Positions 48,857 through 59,360 are shown, counted from the first letter of the stretch. The stretch: 64,000 bases of DNA from Candidatus Omnitrophota bacterium (GCA_023227985.1 JALOCB010000004.1:7442-71441); one strand, 5' to 3'. Notes: generated by a model from the letters alone, not told the origin. Made by a program: numbers and translations.

Positions 48857-49570
48857 TCAGAAATTACAATTCAACAGGACCATGAACGGGATATTTTCCG
48901 AGTCGCCGTTATAATTTACCAGTCCTATCTGCAAACCCTTCAAAGAATCGGTCATATTTATAGCCCCGATCTGAACGCCGCTCACCCCCCGGGAATAATT
49001 GAACACCCCGATCTGCAATCCCGTCATTACCCCTTCGACATGATTGACGGCGCCGGTTTGAAATCCTGAAAAATTATCCTTGATCATATTCAATAAGCCG
49101 TCCTGATAACCAATGAAGCCTTCGCTTACATTGTTGATCGCTCCTAATTGCGCGCCGTGGACAAAACCATGGTCAAAATTAAACGCGCCTAATTGCACGC
49201 CGGTAAGATCGCCTTTCACGATATTGACCAACCCGATACCCGAGCCGACAAACCGATCTCCCGTATAATTAAGCAACCCGGCCTCCCAGCCGAATGACGA
49301 GCCGTCTACCCAATCCACCACTCCCAATTGCAAACCCGTCATATTCGATCCGGTCCTGGTCCAGCCGCTGGATAAAGAAAGCCCGGCCACCTCATTATCG
49401 TCATTAGTGAAAATAAGATTGACCCTTAATCCGTAAATAGGATCTCTTGCGGCAACCAATTGAATGGGGCTGAAAAGGCCTAACTGGACCGGCTTAGGCC
49501 CGTCCGCGAACGCCGCATTCCCCGTCCCGCACAAGATCACAAAACCCAGCAAAAATATTCTCCTGATCAT
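48857..49570 (-). CDS. secreted repeat protein with about 10 copies of a ~20-aa TGxQ(L/I)GxxN repeat
   Basis: The signal peptide is followed by the repeats TGLQLGVVDW, GSGIGLVNIV, TGVQLGAFNF, GAQLGAINNV, SGFQTGAVNHV, TGLQIGVFNYS, SGVQIGAINMT and KGLQIGLVNYN. Confidence 0.5.
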   Translation of the reverse strand: MIRRIFLLGFVILCGTGNAAFADGPKPVQLGLFSPIQLVAARDPIYGLRVNLIFTNDDNEVAGLSLSSGWTRTGSNMTGLQLGVVDWVDGSSFGWEAGLLNYTGDRFVGSGIGLVNIVKGDLTGVQLGAFNFDHGFVHGAQLGAINNVSEGFIGYQDGLLNMIKDNFSGFQTGAVNHVEGVMTGLQIGVFNYSRGVSGVQIGAINMTDSLKGLQIGLVNYNGDSENIPFMVLLNCNF

Positions 49571-49700
49571 GCTTTCTCCTTCTTATTTTACTTTAATCAC
49601 TTTTATGTTTTAACAAAAAACTCGCCGGTCAAAAACATTTATTTATAATCCGTTGCCGCGCCGATAGTTGCCGGCAACGTCTACAGGGTGAGGGATAAGA

Positions 49701-51284
49701 TTAAATCGCCGGCTTGCTCCCCTTAACCCAAACCGCCAGCTTGCGCATCTCCTCCACCTTGAGCGCGGAACACAATCCCGCGTAAGCAGCGACTCCGCAG
49801 ACGATCGGGAACAATAGCTTAAAAGCGCGGTCCAGTAAATGATTATGGATAGCCGGGTCCAAACGCGAGGCAGAATAACAAACCGCGGCCATGCCTATGC
49901 TGGCCAGAATGACCTTAAGCGCCACAATGAAGAGAGGCCGGCAGTCAAAACCGTTGATCCTTTTTTGCAGGATGTAAAAAAGCGCGCAGAAACTGGTTAT
50001 GCCGGAGATCGACGTGGCTAAAGCTATGCCGGATATCTTCATCGGGGATATCAGTATCGCGTTAAGGCCTACATTAATTATTAAAGCCAGGACGGATATT
50101 TTAGCGGGGGTTACCGTGTCCTTTAAGGAAAAAAAACAGTTCTGCAGCATCTTTACCCCGCCGTACGCGGCCAGGCCGATGCTGTAAAAAAATAGCGCGT
50201 CCGCGGTCATCCGTACCGAATGCAGGTCAAACCTTCCGCCGCCGAAAAGGTTTTTAACCAGGGGCCCGGATAAGACCATAAAAGCCGCTGAAGCCGGAAC
50301 CATCAGGAAGAATATCATCTTCAAGCCGAAGTTCAGGGTAGCTTTCAGTTTTTCCCGATCCGGCTCTAAGGCCTGTTGCGAGAATGTCGGCAAGATCGCC
50401 TGGGAAAGCGAATTGCTGAATATGCCCAAAGGGAACTGGATCAACCGGTAAGAAAAATACAGCGCGGCTACCGCTCCTTCGCCCACGATAAACGCCAGGG
50501 AACCGAATATGGAATCCACAAAATTGTTCAAATGGTAGATCGCCGAACTGAACAGCCGAGGGGCCATCAACCCCCCTATCTGTTTTATTGCCGGATGCCC
50601 GAGATCCCTCTTGAACCCGAAACGGAAGCCTTTTTTATACAACACCGGTATCTGCACTGCCAACTGCAGCAGGCCTCCGACCAACACGCCGGCGGCCAGA
50701 CCTTTTACGCCCTCGCCCCAGATCAAGGCGCAGGCGATTATGGAGATATTCAAAAGACAGGGGGAGAACGCAGGGACGCTGAAATGTTTCAGGGTATTAA
50801 GTATGGCCATGGCATAAGCGGCCAGGCCGATCAGTAATATATAAGGGAATACCAGCCGGGTCAAAAGTATCGTGGCTGCAAGCTTTTCCGGAGAAGCCGC
50901 AAAACCCGGGGCGATCAAACGCACCATCAGCGGGGCAAAAACCACGCCCAGTATGGTGACCCCGCAGAGAACGACTAAAATGACGTTCATCAGCACATTC
51001 GCCAGCGCCCAGAATTCTTCTTTGGTCCGTTTGACCGAATATTCGGTCAAAACCGGGATGATCGCGGCATTAGCCGCGCCTTCACCCAAAAGATCGCGCA
51101 GCAAATTAGGGATCTTAAAAGCGATAACGAATGCCTGGGCATAGATATACACGCCAAAAAGCCTGGCAATGACCATATCCCGGATAAAACCCAGAATACG
51201 CGAACAAAGCGTGGCAAAACCAATGACCCCCGCAGACCTGGCCAGGCCTTGATGGGATAGATTAGAGGTTTTATTTATTGACAT
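49701..51284 (-). CDS. murJ: lipid II flippase MurJ
   Basis: The 527-aa protein has 14 transmembrane helices and an N-terminus (SAGVIGFATLCSRILGFIRDMVIARLFG) typical of MurJ/MviN. Confidence 0.88.
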   Translation of the reverse strand: MSINKTSNLSHQGLARSAGVIGFATLCSRILGFIRDMVIARLFGVYIYAQAFVIAFKIPNLLRDLLGEGAANAAIIPVLTEYSVKRTKEEFWALANVLMNVILVVLCGVTILGVVFAPLMVRLIAPGFAASPEKLAATILLTRLVFPYILLIGLAAYAMAILNTLKHFSVPAFSPCLLNISIIACALIWGEGVKGLAAGVLVGGLLQLAVQIPVLYKKGFRFGFKRDLGHPAIKQIGGLMAPRLFSSAIYHLNNFVDSIFGSLAFIVGEGAVAALYFSYRLIQFPLGIFSNSLSQAILPTFSQQALEPDREKLKATLNFGLKMIFFLMVPASAAFMVLSGPLVKNLFGGGRFDLHSVRMTADALFFYSIGLAAYGGVKMLQNCFFSLKDTVTPAKISVLALIINVGLNAILISPMKISGIALATSISGITSFCALFYILQKRINGFDCRPLFIVALKVILASIGMAAVCYSASRLDPAIHNHLLDRAFKLLFPIVCGVAAYAGLCSALKVEEMRKLAVWVKGSKPAI

Positions 51285-51408
51285 GGATTTATAAGTATGC
51301 TATAAAATATTACACTTAAGGCCCCTCGCCTTGGCTGAAATATACGGATAAAACACGGCTCGGGGTTAAATTTTCATTGCTTCGCAACTCAAATTTAAGG
51401 AGAATAAC

Positions 51409-51672
51409 ATGCCTAATCGTAAAGCCGCGGTAAAAAGACTGCGCGTGGATAAAAAAAGACACCAGCGTAACCTTAAGATAAAGACTGAATTGAAAAAGGG
51501 CTTAAAAAAACTTCAGGCATTGTTAACCGCCAAGAATTCCGCCGAAGCTAAAACCTCTTTGGCCAAGGTCTTCTCTTTGCTGGATAAGGCCGCCAAGAAA
51601 AAGATACTTCACCCGAACACAGCAAACCGCAAAAAAGGGCGCTTAGCTAAGAAAGTCCTTAAAGCTGCATAA
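51409..51672 (+). CDS. rpsT: 30S ribosomal protein S20
   Basis: The sequence MPNRKAAVKRLRVDKKRHQRNLKIKTELKK... matches the bS20 family. An AAGGAG ribosome-binding site lies 8 nt upstream. Confidence 0.85.
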   Translation: MPNRKAAVKRLRVDKKRHQRNLKIKTELKKGLKKLQALLTAKNSAEAKTSLAKVFSLLDKAAKKKILHPNTANRKKGRLAKKVLKAA

Positions 51673-52311
51673 ATTCACGATCAACCGTTCCAAAACAAAA
51701 CCGGGATTCAACTTCCCGGTTTTGATTTCTATATCGCTTTGAAGAAGAAGCTTAATCCTTTTTTTTAGTTCCGCGGGGCTAAGCCCCTGCCTCTGCCAAC
51801 TCGCCCGTAATCCCCCCAATATGCGCACAGGGTCTTCCCCGTCATCCAAAAGCTGTTTCAGGATATTCAAGCTGGCTGCCGCCTGTTTTGCTTCTATCTT
51901 ACGGCTCAGGTCAAACACATTCAACTGTCTTGCTTCACTGAAACGCGCCACCTGGCAATAACCGGATATTTTACGGATGAATTCATCGTTCGCTGTTGTC
52001 CGTCCGGCATCAAGGACCAGAATTATCTGAGGTTGAGGGTTCTTTACGTAACCCGTCAGGAACTCTTTGGCGTCTGCTTTAAGTTCGCGGCAGTTGCGCA
52101 CCACCACCACCCTGCGGGAAAGGTTTAAAGGAAAGAATAACAGTTTTTCCTGGAGCCCCTTAAGGTCCAGGTCTTTGGCGTATAATATGTCGAGATTGAA
52201 TTCCTGGGTTTTTAAGGGGAGGGATTCCTGTTTTATCCTGGCCAAAACCGCGTCTTTGGAGAGATTATCTTCTCCCAGGAATAAATGCACAGAGTTTTCT
52301 TTTCTTACCAT
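51643..52311 (-). CDS. DNA polymerase III delta subunit-like (short HolA)
   Basis: The N-terminal sequence VHLFLGEDNLSKDAVL is followed by ...VVVVRNCRELKADAKEFL and a C-terminal helical region. The arrangement is convergent with rpsT, as in many bacteria. The protein is 222 aa, which is short for HolA. Confidence 0.45.
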   Translation of the reverse strand: MVRKENSVHLFLGEDNLSKDAVLARIKQESLPLKTQEFNLDILYAKDLDLKGLQEKLLFFPLNLSRRVVVVRNCRELKADAKEFLTGYVKNPQPQIILVLDAGRTTANDEFIRKISGYCQVARFSEARQLNVFDLSRKIEAKQAAASLNILKQLLDDGEDPVRILGGLRASWQRQGLSPAELKKRIKLLLQSDIEIKTGKLNPGFVLERLIVNLCSFKDFLS

Positions 52312-52853
52312 TGCTCAACTACGCGCTCGACTATCCTGCGGCAGAGGTCTTTTTCAGCGTCGCTGATAGCCGCATCCTCGGTCTTCATCTGTGCTCCGCT
52401 GACAAAATAAGTGGCTTCTCCGGTAAAATTCTTTTCTTCCCAGAGCAGCTTATTTTCCCTGTTATCCCACAGGCTTATATTAACTATCAGGTTCATCCGG
52501 TATTCCTGCGCGTTGTCGCTGGTATCGTACCTGAGGCCGTCCTTGCGGAATTCCAGGAGTTCGCCTTTCATCACCAGGTCAGCGGATTCCATGGACACCG
52601 GCTTTAGGTTGCCGTCAAAGAGGAAACGGTTGATCAGCGATTTGGTGACATCCGTATCCAGCATAGGCCGGTAAAGCTTATATTTATTCCCGGCGTCCAT
52701 CTCCCGGGTAATATCGATCTTATTGACGAAAGGCGTGATATATATGGTCCTGTACTTGTCATTGATCAAGGAACGGGTGGTATAACCGCACCCCAGAAGC
52801 TCGGCGATGAAAAACCCCATAAAGGCTATGACGCAATAGCGCATATTTTTCAT
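52305..52853 (-). CDS. LPS-assembly lipoprotein LptE-like
   Basis: The sequence MKNMRYCVIAFMGFFIAELLGCGYTTRSL has the lipobox followed by the GY..R motif typical of LptE. Length is about 180 aa. The track ORF is extended to 52901. Confidence 0.5.
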   Translation of the reverse strand: MKNMRYCVIAFMGFFIAELLGCGYTTRSLINDKYRTIYITPFVNKIDITREMDAGNKYKLYRPMLDTDVTKSLINRFLFDGNLKPVSMESADLVMKGELLEFRKDGLRYDTSDNAQEYRMNLIVNISLWDNRENKLLWEEKNFTGEATYFVSGAQMKTEDAAISDAEKDLCRRIVERVVEQW

Positions 52854-53794
52854 TTTTTGCTCTCCATTATCTCTATCCGTTCCAAAGCCTTTGCCGCCCA
52901 CGCGCTGGTGGGATTTTTATTGATTATCTCCTCGTAATATATCTTTGCCGCGGTAAACGCCTTTTGTTTCTCATAGAAGCCGGCGATCTTAAAATTGCTT
53001 TCGGATTCTTTTTCGCTCAACTGCTGGATATTCTTCTGGGCCTCACGGGAAAGGGCGATGTCCGGATGTTCCTGGACGAATTCCTCGAATTTCTGCTTGG
53101 CCTCCTGGGTGGCGCCCTGATCATATTCCGCGGTCTTGGAAAGGCTGGCCCGGCTTGAGGCGATCTGGAATTTGGCGGCTGACGCCCATTCGCTTTCCGG
53201 GTAGATGGTAACTACTTTATTAAAAGCCTCTTCCGCTTCATCCAGCCGCAACAACCCTTTCAGGACCATACCCAGTTTATATTCCGCCTGGCTGGCCAAA
53301 GGGCCATAAGGCGCGTTCTCTACTACCTTGGTAAATATCTCGACAGCGGGATTCTCGACAAGGAACCCGGCGCCTTTCTTAGCGGCCTTGCCTCCGGCCA
53401 TAAAGATCTCGCCTATCTTGAATTCCCGCTCGTTTATCTCGGCAATCCGCTCGGAAAAAGGATATTTATCGATCACCTTCTGATACGACTTGAACGCCGC
53501 ATAGAGATTACCCTGCGATTCATCGATCAACCCCAGATAATACTGGCTCTCCGCCGCCTCAGCGGATTTAGGATAATTCTTCATCAATTTCCTGAATTCG
53601 CGCTTAGCCTGCTCGTGATTCTTCGCCTCATAAAAGGATTTAGCCAGGTCAAACTGGCCCTTGGGAGTAGCCTTGACCGAGGTCTTGGGATTTGTCCACT
53701 TGCCGGTCTTAGGCGTCCATATCCAGTAAGGATAAGCGCTTTCCACGCCCAATCCTAAGAAAATAACTATAAAAACCAAGAATATTCTTTTCAT
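52850..53794 (-). CDS. TPR-repeat lipoprotein, BamD-like outer membrane protein assembly factor
   Basis: A signal peptide is followed by several TPR-like repeats (AKSFYEAKNHEQAKREFRKLMKNYPKS...). Its position next to lptE is consistent with an outer-membrane biogenesis role. Confidence 0.6.
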   Translation of the reverse strand: MKRIFLVFIVIFLGLGVESAYPYWIWTPKTGKWTNPKTSVKATPKGQFDLAKSFYEAKNHEQAKREFRKLMKNYPKSAEAAESQYYLGLIDESQGNLYAAFKSYQKVIDKYPFSERIAEINEREFKIGEIFMAGGKAAKKGAGFLVENPAVEIFTKVVENAPYGPLASQAEYKLGMVLKGLLRLDEAEEAFNKVVTIYPESEWASAAKFQIASSRASLSKTAEYDQGATQEAKQKFEEFVQEHPDIALSREAQKNIQQLSEKESESNFKIAGFYEKQKAFTAAKIYYEEIINKNPTSAWAAKALERIEIMESKK

Positions 53795-53851
53795 AATATT
53801 CTAAGTTAACACAGCGAAATAGCTTTGTCAATACATTCTCAAGCGGGTTCT

Positions 53852-55285
53852 TTACCGGAGGTAAAAATAGGCTTTAGGCAGGCTGATCAACAGGAAATTT
53901 ACCTGTATAAGCAGGTTGACCGCCAGTTCCGCAACTGGGACTAAACTCGCGCAGAGCCAAGCGGATAACCAATTTGTAACTACCAGGCTGAAACCCAGCA
54001 GGGTGATTAATCCGGCTAACGGCACAATAACCAGGTTAGCCAATACAGTCACCGGGGAAACCATGCCGAAATAATAGGCGATGAATCCGGCAGTGCAGAT
54101 CCAGGCGGAAAAAGATACCAGAAAACTGTCAATAAAGCATGCGGCAACCCGCGCCTTTAGCTTTTCCATATTCAACATCCTTTTAAGGACCGGGTATAAA
54201 TAGACTAAGGCGATGACGCTGACAAAAGAAAGCTGAAAACCTATGTCAAACAATTCCCGGGGTTCAATCACCAAAATAAGCAACGCGGCTGCCGCGCAGG
54301 CATTATAGATATCCGCTTCCCTTCTCAGATAATAGGCGAAGCCCAGAACCAAAGCCATTATTGTGGCCCGGACAACCGGGTTGCTGGCTCCGGTCATCAA
54401 ACAATAAACCAGCATTAAAGGCAAAGCCAGATAAAAACGGATATTACGGCTTATCCGGAAGATCTTGAGGCCCGAGAAGATCAGAACAATAACAATCCCC
54501 ACATTAAATCCGCTGACCACCAGAATATGCACTGTGCCGGATTTCATCATTGATCTGTAAATAAGCGGCGGCACGCCTTTTTTCTCGCCCAGAACCATCG
54601 CGTCAATGATCCCCGCGGCTGCCGGTGAAAGGCGCTTATAAATAACCCGCTCTATTCCCTGCTTTAACCTGAAACTGAATCTCTTAAGCAGGCTCGCCTT
54701 ATTTTGCCCCAGGACGATTGCCCGGATCGGATTGTCTACTTTCATTAACAGATATACGCCCTGGTCATACAGGTAATCCGCGTAGCCTCTCTTTCTCCGG
54801 GAAGGTCCGGAGCCTGCGCCGAAGAAAGGGCGGACTAATCTTCCGGACAAAAGCAGGATATCCCCGCAATTCAAAAACTTTTCCCCGTTGATATTAACTA
54901 TAAGCTTACCGCAGCAATTGCGTTTAGACCGGTCAAGGCAGAATTCGCGGCTCGCCAGCATAAAGCTGGTTTTACCGTCCCGGAATACCGGCTGGTCGAC
55001 AATATAACCTTTAACCTGACAGATATTATCCCTGGCCTTATAACCCAACCAGCGGATGTGAGACGCCGGCAATACCCGGCTGTTGGCGTAAGAAGCGGAC
55101 CCGGAACAAAAAACCAGCAATAATATCAGCGTATCTTTGTACCTGTTCCGGGAGGGCAGACAAAATACAGCCAGGCATAATCCCGCTGTCAGTCCGTAAC
55201 TAACAATGAACGGCATCTTTAACGCGGCGCAACAGATTATCCCTGAACAAAAAAGAGCTGTTATCCAAACAAGGGGATGTTTCAT
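53852..55285 (-). CDS. comEC: ComEC/Rec2-family DNA internalisation channel (DUF4131 plus competence domain; no metallo-beta-lactamase domain)
   Basis: The 477-aa polytopic membrane protein has ComEC-type N-terminal and core regions. Confidence 0.75.
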   Translation of the reverse strand: MKHPLVWITALFCSGIICCAALKMPFIVSYGLTAGLCLAVFCLPSRNRYKDTLILLLVFCSGSASYANSRVLPASHIRWLGYKARDNICQVKGYIVDQPVFRDGKTSFMLASREFCLDRSKRNCCGKLIVNINGEKFLNCGDILLLSGRLVRPFFGAGSGPSRRKRGYADYLYDQGVYLLMKVDNPIRAIVLGQNKASLLKRFSFRLKQGIERVIYKRLSPAAAGIIDAMVLGEKKGVPPLIYRSMMKSGTVHILVVSGFNVGIVIVLIFSGLKIFRISRNIRFYLALPLMLVYCLMTGASNPVVRATIMALVLGFAYYLRREADIYNACAAAALLILVIEPRELFDIGFQLSFVSVIALVYLYPVLKRMLNMEKLKARVAACFIDSFLVSFSAWICTAGFIAYYFGMVSPVTVLANLVIVPLAGLITLLGFSLVVTNWLSAWLCASLVPVAELAVNLLIQVNFLLISLPKAYFYLR

Positions 55286-55289
55286 CGGC

Positions 55290-55619
55290 CTATTCCACGA
55301 AAACCGACTGCCTCAAGCGTTCAAACCGGGATTTATTCAGGCCCTTTAACCGGCTTAACTCCTGCAGATCATTGATCCTGCTTTTTTTCAGGCGGTATTC
55401 GATTATGCGCTGGGCCAGCTTCTCCCCTATCCCCGGGATGCTCTTTAAAGCCGCCTTGTCCGCCTGATTAATGTTGATCTTACCGGCATTGCAGCTGATG
55501 CAGGCAAAGGCCCTTACCGGAGCATACCTCTTGGACAAAAATTTAATGCCGATACCCAGCAAGGTCATGCATAAAAGAAACAGTATGGCCTTGCGTTCCT
55601 GGCTGGTGAACACAAACAT
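55290..55619 (-). CDS. comEA: ComEA-like helix-hairpin-helix DNA-binding protein
   Basis: Contains INQADKAALKSIPGIGEKLAQRIIEYR, a tandem HhH motif. An N-terminal transmembrane anchor is present. Length is 109 aa. Confidence 0.8.
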   Translation of the reverse strand: MFVFTSQERKAILFLLCMTLLGIGIKFLSKRYAPVRAFACISCNAGKININQADKAALKSIPGIGEKLAQRIIEYRLKKSRINDLQELSRLKGLNKSRFERLRQSVFVE

Positions 55620-55705
55620 AGCGGTCAGCCCCCTTTCTACTTCAATAGACGTAAAAAAGAGGCAAATCTAACAGGGGTTTTCGCGAAAATACAGGAAGGC
55701 TGCTT

Positions 55706-58099
55706 TTATACTACGATATTGATAAGTTTGTTGGGGACAACAATGAAATTACGGATAGGCTTACCGCAGATCCAGGCCTGCAATTTTCCATCGGCAAGGA
55801 CCATTTCTTTGAGCTGTTCGGGAGGGGTATTGACAGCGGTATCCAGTTTTGAGCGGACCCTGCCGTTAACCTGGACTACCATTGTCACTGTTTCTTCCAC
55901 CAGTTGTTTCGGGTCATATTCAGGCCAGGAAGCCCGGAAGATGCTTTCGCTGTTGCCCATACCCTGCCAAAGCTCTTCACAGAAATGCGGGGCGATCGGA
56001 CAAAGCAAACGGACCAGGACAGAAAACGACTCTTTATCCGAACCTTCCTGGTATATGGCGTTGACGAACTCCATAAGCCCGGCTATGGCGGTATTGAACT
56101 TGAATTCCTCCATATCCGAGCTGACCTTCTTGATGGCCTTATGCATCGCCTTTACCAGCCCGGGTCCGGATTTTTCTTTCAGATTGTCCCGGATGCGCCA
56201 GACCCGGTTCAGGAATTTAAACGCGCCGTCCAGCCCCCGGTCATCCCATTCCAATTCGGTTTCCGGAGGAGCGGCGAAAAGCATGAACAGCCGCAAAGTA
56301 TCCGCCCCGTATTTGCCGATCATCGAATCCGGATCAACGATATTGCCGCGGGACTTTGACATAACCTCGCCGTCCTTAAGGACCATTCCCTGCGTAAGCA
56401 GTTTCTTGAACGGCTCGGAAAAATCGATCATACCCAGGTCTTTAAAGAACTTGGTGAAAAAGCGCGAGTATAATAAATGCAGGATAGCGTGCTCGATGCC
56501 TCCGATATATTGATCTACCGGCATCCAGTACCCCGCTTCTTTCTTATCGAACGGCTCTGACGCGAGATCCGGCGAGCAGAAACGCAGAAAATACCATGAC
56601 GAGTCGAAGAAAGTGGCCATTGTGTCGGTCTCCCTGCGGCCGGGGCCCGAGCATTTCGGGCAAAGGCATTCCACGAATTCTTTTACCTTGCCTAACGGAG
56701 ATCCGCCCTCTCCGGTGAACGGCGCGTCTTTAGGCAGTTCTACGGGCAGGTCCGCGTAAGGCACCGGAACTGTCCCGCATTTCGGGCAATAGATCACCGG
56801 GATAGGCGTTCCCCAGTAACGCTGGCGGGAAATGAGCCAGTCGCGTAAACGCCAATGGGTCTGGACCTTACCCATCCCCTGTTGTTCCATCCACTCGGCG
56901 ATCTTTGTTTTTCCTTCGCTGTTGGTCAATCCGTTGAAATCCCCGGAATTAACCTGGACCCCTTCTTCCTCATACGCCTCTTTCATTTCCTCAACGCGCA
57001 ACCGGGAATCCTTAGGCTTGATGACCACGCGCATCGCCAGGTTGTGTTCTTTGGCGAATAAGAAATCCCGCTGGTCATGGGTAGGCACAGCCATGATCGC
57101 TCCGGTGCCGTATTCCATCAACACGTAATCAGCTACCCAGACAGGGATAACTTCGTTATTAACCGGATTTACCGCGTAGCTGCCGGTAAAAAAACCCTCT
57201 TTCTTGACATCCGACGAGGAACGTACTATCTTGCTTTCTTTGCTTACCTTTTCGATGAATTTAAGCACCTCTTTTTCCTGCGGCTTGCCTTTGATCAATT
57301 CTCCCACCAAAGGATGTTCCGGTGCCAGGACAATATAAGTCGCCCCGAAAATAGTATCCGGCCTGGTGGTAAATACCGGGATCGTCGTATTATTATCCTT
57401 GCGCCGGAAATAGATCTCGCTCCCTGAGCTTTTGCCGATCCAATTGGTCTGCATGGCGATCACTCTCTGAGGCCAATGTTCAAGCCCAGCCAGGTCTTCC
57501 AGCAGCCTATCTTTATATTCGGTGATCTTCAAATACCACTGCTCCAGCTCTTTCTGCTCGACCTGGACATGGCATCTCCAGCACCCGCCGTCAATGACTT
57601 CTTCATTGGCCAAAGTTGTGGCGCAAGAAGGACACCAGTTGACCGCCGATCCTTTTTTATAGGCCAAGCCTTTTTCCAGCATCTTCAAAAAGATCCACTG
57701 GTTCCATTTATAATAGCTGCTGTCGCAGGTAGATACTTCCCGCGACCAGTCATAAGAAAGGCCCATCTTTTTAAGCTCGACTTCCATATCCCGGATACAC
57801 TTGTGCGTCCAGGTATCCGGCTGGGTTTTATTCTTGATAGCCGCGTTCTCCGCGGGCTGGCCAAAGGCGTCAAACCCCATCGGGTGCAGAACCGAGAACC
57901 CGCGCATCATCTTATACCGGCTGCACACATCGCCGATAGTATAATTGCGCACATGGCCCATATGGATCTTCCCTGAAGGATAAGGGAACATCTCCAGACA
58001 GTAAAATTTAGGCCTGGACGAAGACACGGCCTTAAATGTGCCTTTATCCTGCCAATACGCCTGCCATTTGCCCTCTATTTTCTTGAACTCGTATTCCAT
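55706..58099 (-). CDS. leuS: leucyl-tRNA synthetase
   Basis: Contains HMGHVRNY (the HIGH motif), KMSKS (VMSKSRGN), and CP1 editing and zinc-binding regions. Length is 797 aa. Confidence 0.95.
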   Translation of the reverse strand: MEYEFKKIEGKWQAYWQDKGTFKAVSSSRPKFYCLEMFPYPSGKIHMGHVRNYTIGDVCSRYKMMRGFSVLHPMGFDAFGQPAENAAIKNKTQPDTWTHKCIRDMEVELKKMGLSYDWSREVSTCDSSYYKWNQWIFLKMLEKGLAYKKGSAVNWCPSCATTLANEEVIDGGCWRCHVQVEQKELEQWYLKITEYKDRLLEDLAGLEHWPQRVIAMQTNWIGKSSGSEIYFRRKDNNTTIPVFTTRPDTIFGATYIVLAPEHPLVGELIKGKPQEKEVLKFIEKVSKESKIVRSSSDVKKEGFFTGSYAVNPVNNEVIPVWVADYVLMEYGTGAIMAVPTHDQRDFLFAKEHNLAMRVVIKPKDSRLRVEEMKEAYEEEGVQVNSGDFNGLTNSEGKTKIAEWMEQQGMGKVQTHWRLRDWLISRQRYWGTPIPVIYCPKCGTVPVPYADLPVELPKDAPFTGEGGSPLGKVKEFVECLCPKCSGPGRRETDTMATFFDSSWYFLRFCSPDLASEPFDKKEAGYWMPVDQYIGGIEHAILHLLYSRFFTKFFKDLGMIDFSEPFKKLLTQGMVLKDGEVMSKSRGNIVDPDSMIGKYGADTLRLFMLFAAPPETELEWDDRGLDGAFKFLNRVWRIRDNLKEKSGPGLVKAMHKAIKKVSSDMEEFKFNTAIAGLMEFVNAIYQEGSDKESFSVLVRLLCPIAPHFCEELWQGMGNSESIFRASWPEYDPKQLVEETVTMVVQVNGRVRSKLDTAVNTPPEQLKEMVLADGKLQAWICGKPIRNFIVVPNKLINIVV

Positions 58100-58102
58100 C
58101 TC

Positions 58103-58492
58103 TTAAGTTTTATCCTTCTGCGGTATAAGCGAGATCAGCGTCCTCAGCCCGCGCAGAATATTCTCCGTACTGCAGGGCTTAGTCAAGTACTGATCCGCTT
58201 CCATACTGTAGCATTTCCTGGCTGTATCCAGATCCTGCTGCGCGCTGATGATGATCACCGGCCTCCAGCGCTCATTATATTTCTCCCGGATCTGCTGCAA
58301 TACCTCGAAACCATTAAGCTTGGGCAGCATCAGGTCCAGAAGTATGACATCAGGGTCGTTCTCCCTGACCCGGGTCAACGCCTCTTCTCCGTCATAGGCC
58401 ACTGAAACCTGGTAGCCTTCCCGGGTTAATATCCTGGCCAAAGGCTCGGCGATATCTTTTTCGTCGTCTACTACCAATAATCTATGGGACAT
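58103..58492 (-). CDS. stand-alone response regulator receiver domain (CheY-like)
   Basis: The sequence LLVVDDEKDIAE...DVILLDLMLPKLNG contains the phospho-acceptor Asp. The protein is 129 aa and has no output domain. Confidence 0.8.
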   Translation of the reverse strand: MSHRLLVVDDEKDIAEPLARILTREGYQVSVAYDGEEALTRVRENDPDVILLDLMLPKLNGFEVLQQIREKYNERWRPVIIISAQQDLDTARKCYSMEADQYLTKPCSTENILRGLRTLISLIPQKDKT

Positions 58493-58517
58493 TTATTAAA
58501 ACCTTCTGTAAGGGTAT

Positions 58518-59360
58518 CTATTTTTTTAATTTACGGACGGTATCCAGATTGATCCTGTCGGCATTATCGTTGTCCTTGGGTGTCTCCAGGATGAACGCGG
58601 TATCCTTCAACCGGCTGTCATTGACCAGCCTTTTAAAACCTGCTAATTTTATATTACCCTTGCCGATATGCGCGTGCCGGTCGCGCCTGCTGCCCAGTTT
58701 ATCCGCGGTATCATTGATATGCACCAGCTTCAGCAGTTTCAGGCCGACCAGCCGGTCCAATTCAGCGATGGTCTTTTTATAACCTTCAGCGCTGGCCAGG
58801 TCATAACCTGCGGCGTAGGCATGGCAGGTATCCAGGCATATCCCCACCCTGCTTTTATCCTCGATCCCGGCGATGATCTGCTTTTGATGCTCGAATTTAT
58901 AACCCAGCCAGGATCCGGAACCGGAGGTATTCTCCAAGAGCACGCCCACCTTCATCCCCCGGGTCTTGTCCAGGATCTTATTCAAGGCCTGCGTGATCCG
59001 CTTTATGCCTTTTTCTTCGCCGCTTTCCTTATGGCTGCCCATATGGGTGACTATATAGTCAGCACCGAGCAGTTCAGCTTCGCGGACATCCTCTATATAA
59101 GCCCTGATCGAGCCCTGATAAAGGATATTATAAGGAGAAGCCAGGTTGATCAAATAAGGCACGTGTATAAAAACCGGCGATATATTGTATTTGCTGCGCC
59201 TGGCCCGGAACTCCTCGATGTCCTCCGTGGCGATCTTGGATTTACGCCACTGCTGGGGGTCGCGGGAGAATATCTGCATAGTATTGCACCCCAGGGCGGC
59301 AGCCCGGTTTACAGACTCATAGATATGGCCGGCAATGGAAACGTGAACGCCTAATAGCAT
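58518..59360 (-). CDS. nfo: endonuclease IV (AP endonuclease family 2)
   Basis: The 280-aa protein has a TIM-barrel with conserved His/Glu/Asp zinc ligands (HVPYLINLAS...HMGSH...LENT). Confidence 0.85.
   Translation of the reverse strand: MLLGVHVSIAGHIYESVNRAAALGCNTMQIFSRDPQQWRKSKIATEDIEEFRARRSKYNISPVFIHVPYLINLASPYNILYQGSIRAYIEDVREAELLGADYIVTHMGSHKESGEEKGIKRITQALNKILDKTRGMKVGVLLENTSGSGSWLGYKFEHQKQIIAGIEDKSRVGICLDTCHAYAAGYDLASAEGYKKTIAELDRLVGLKLLKLVHINDTADKLGSRRDRHAHIGKGNIKLAGFKRLVNDSRLKDTAFILETPKDNDNADRINLDTVRKLKK

Noticed and set aside
55719-56513. 264-aa plus-strand ORF
   Set aside because: It is antisense to leuS.
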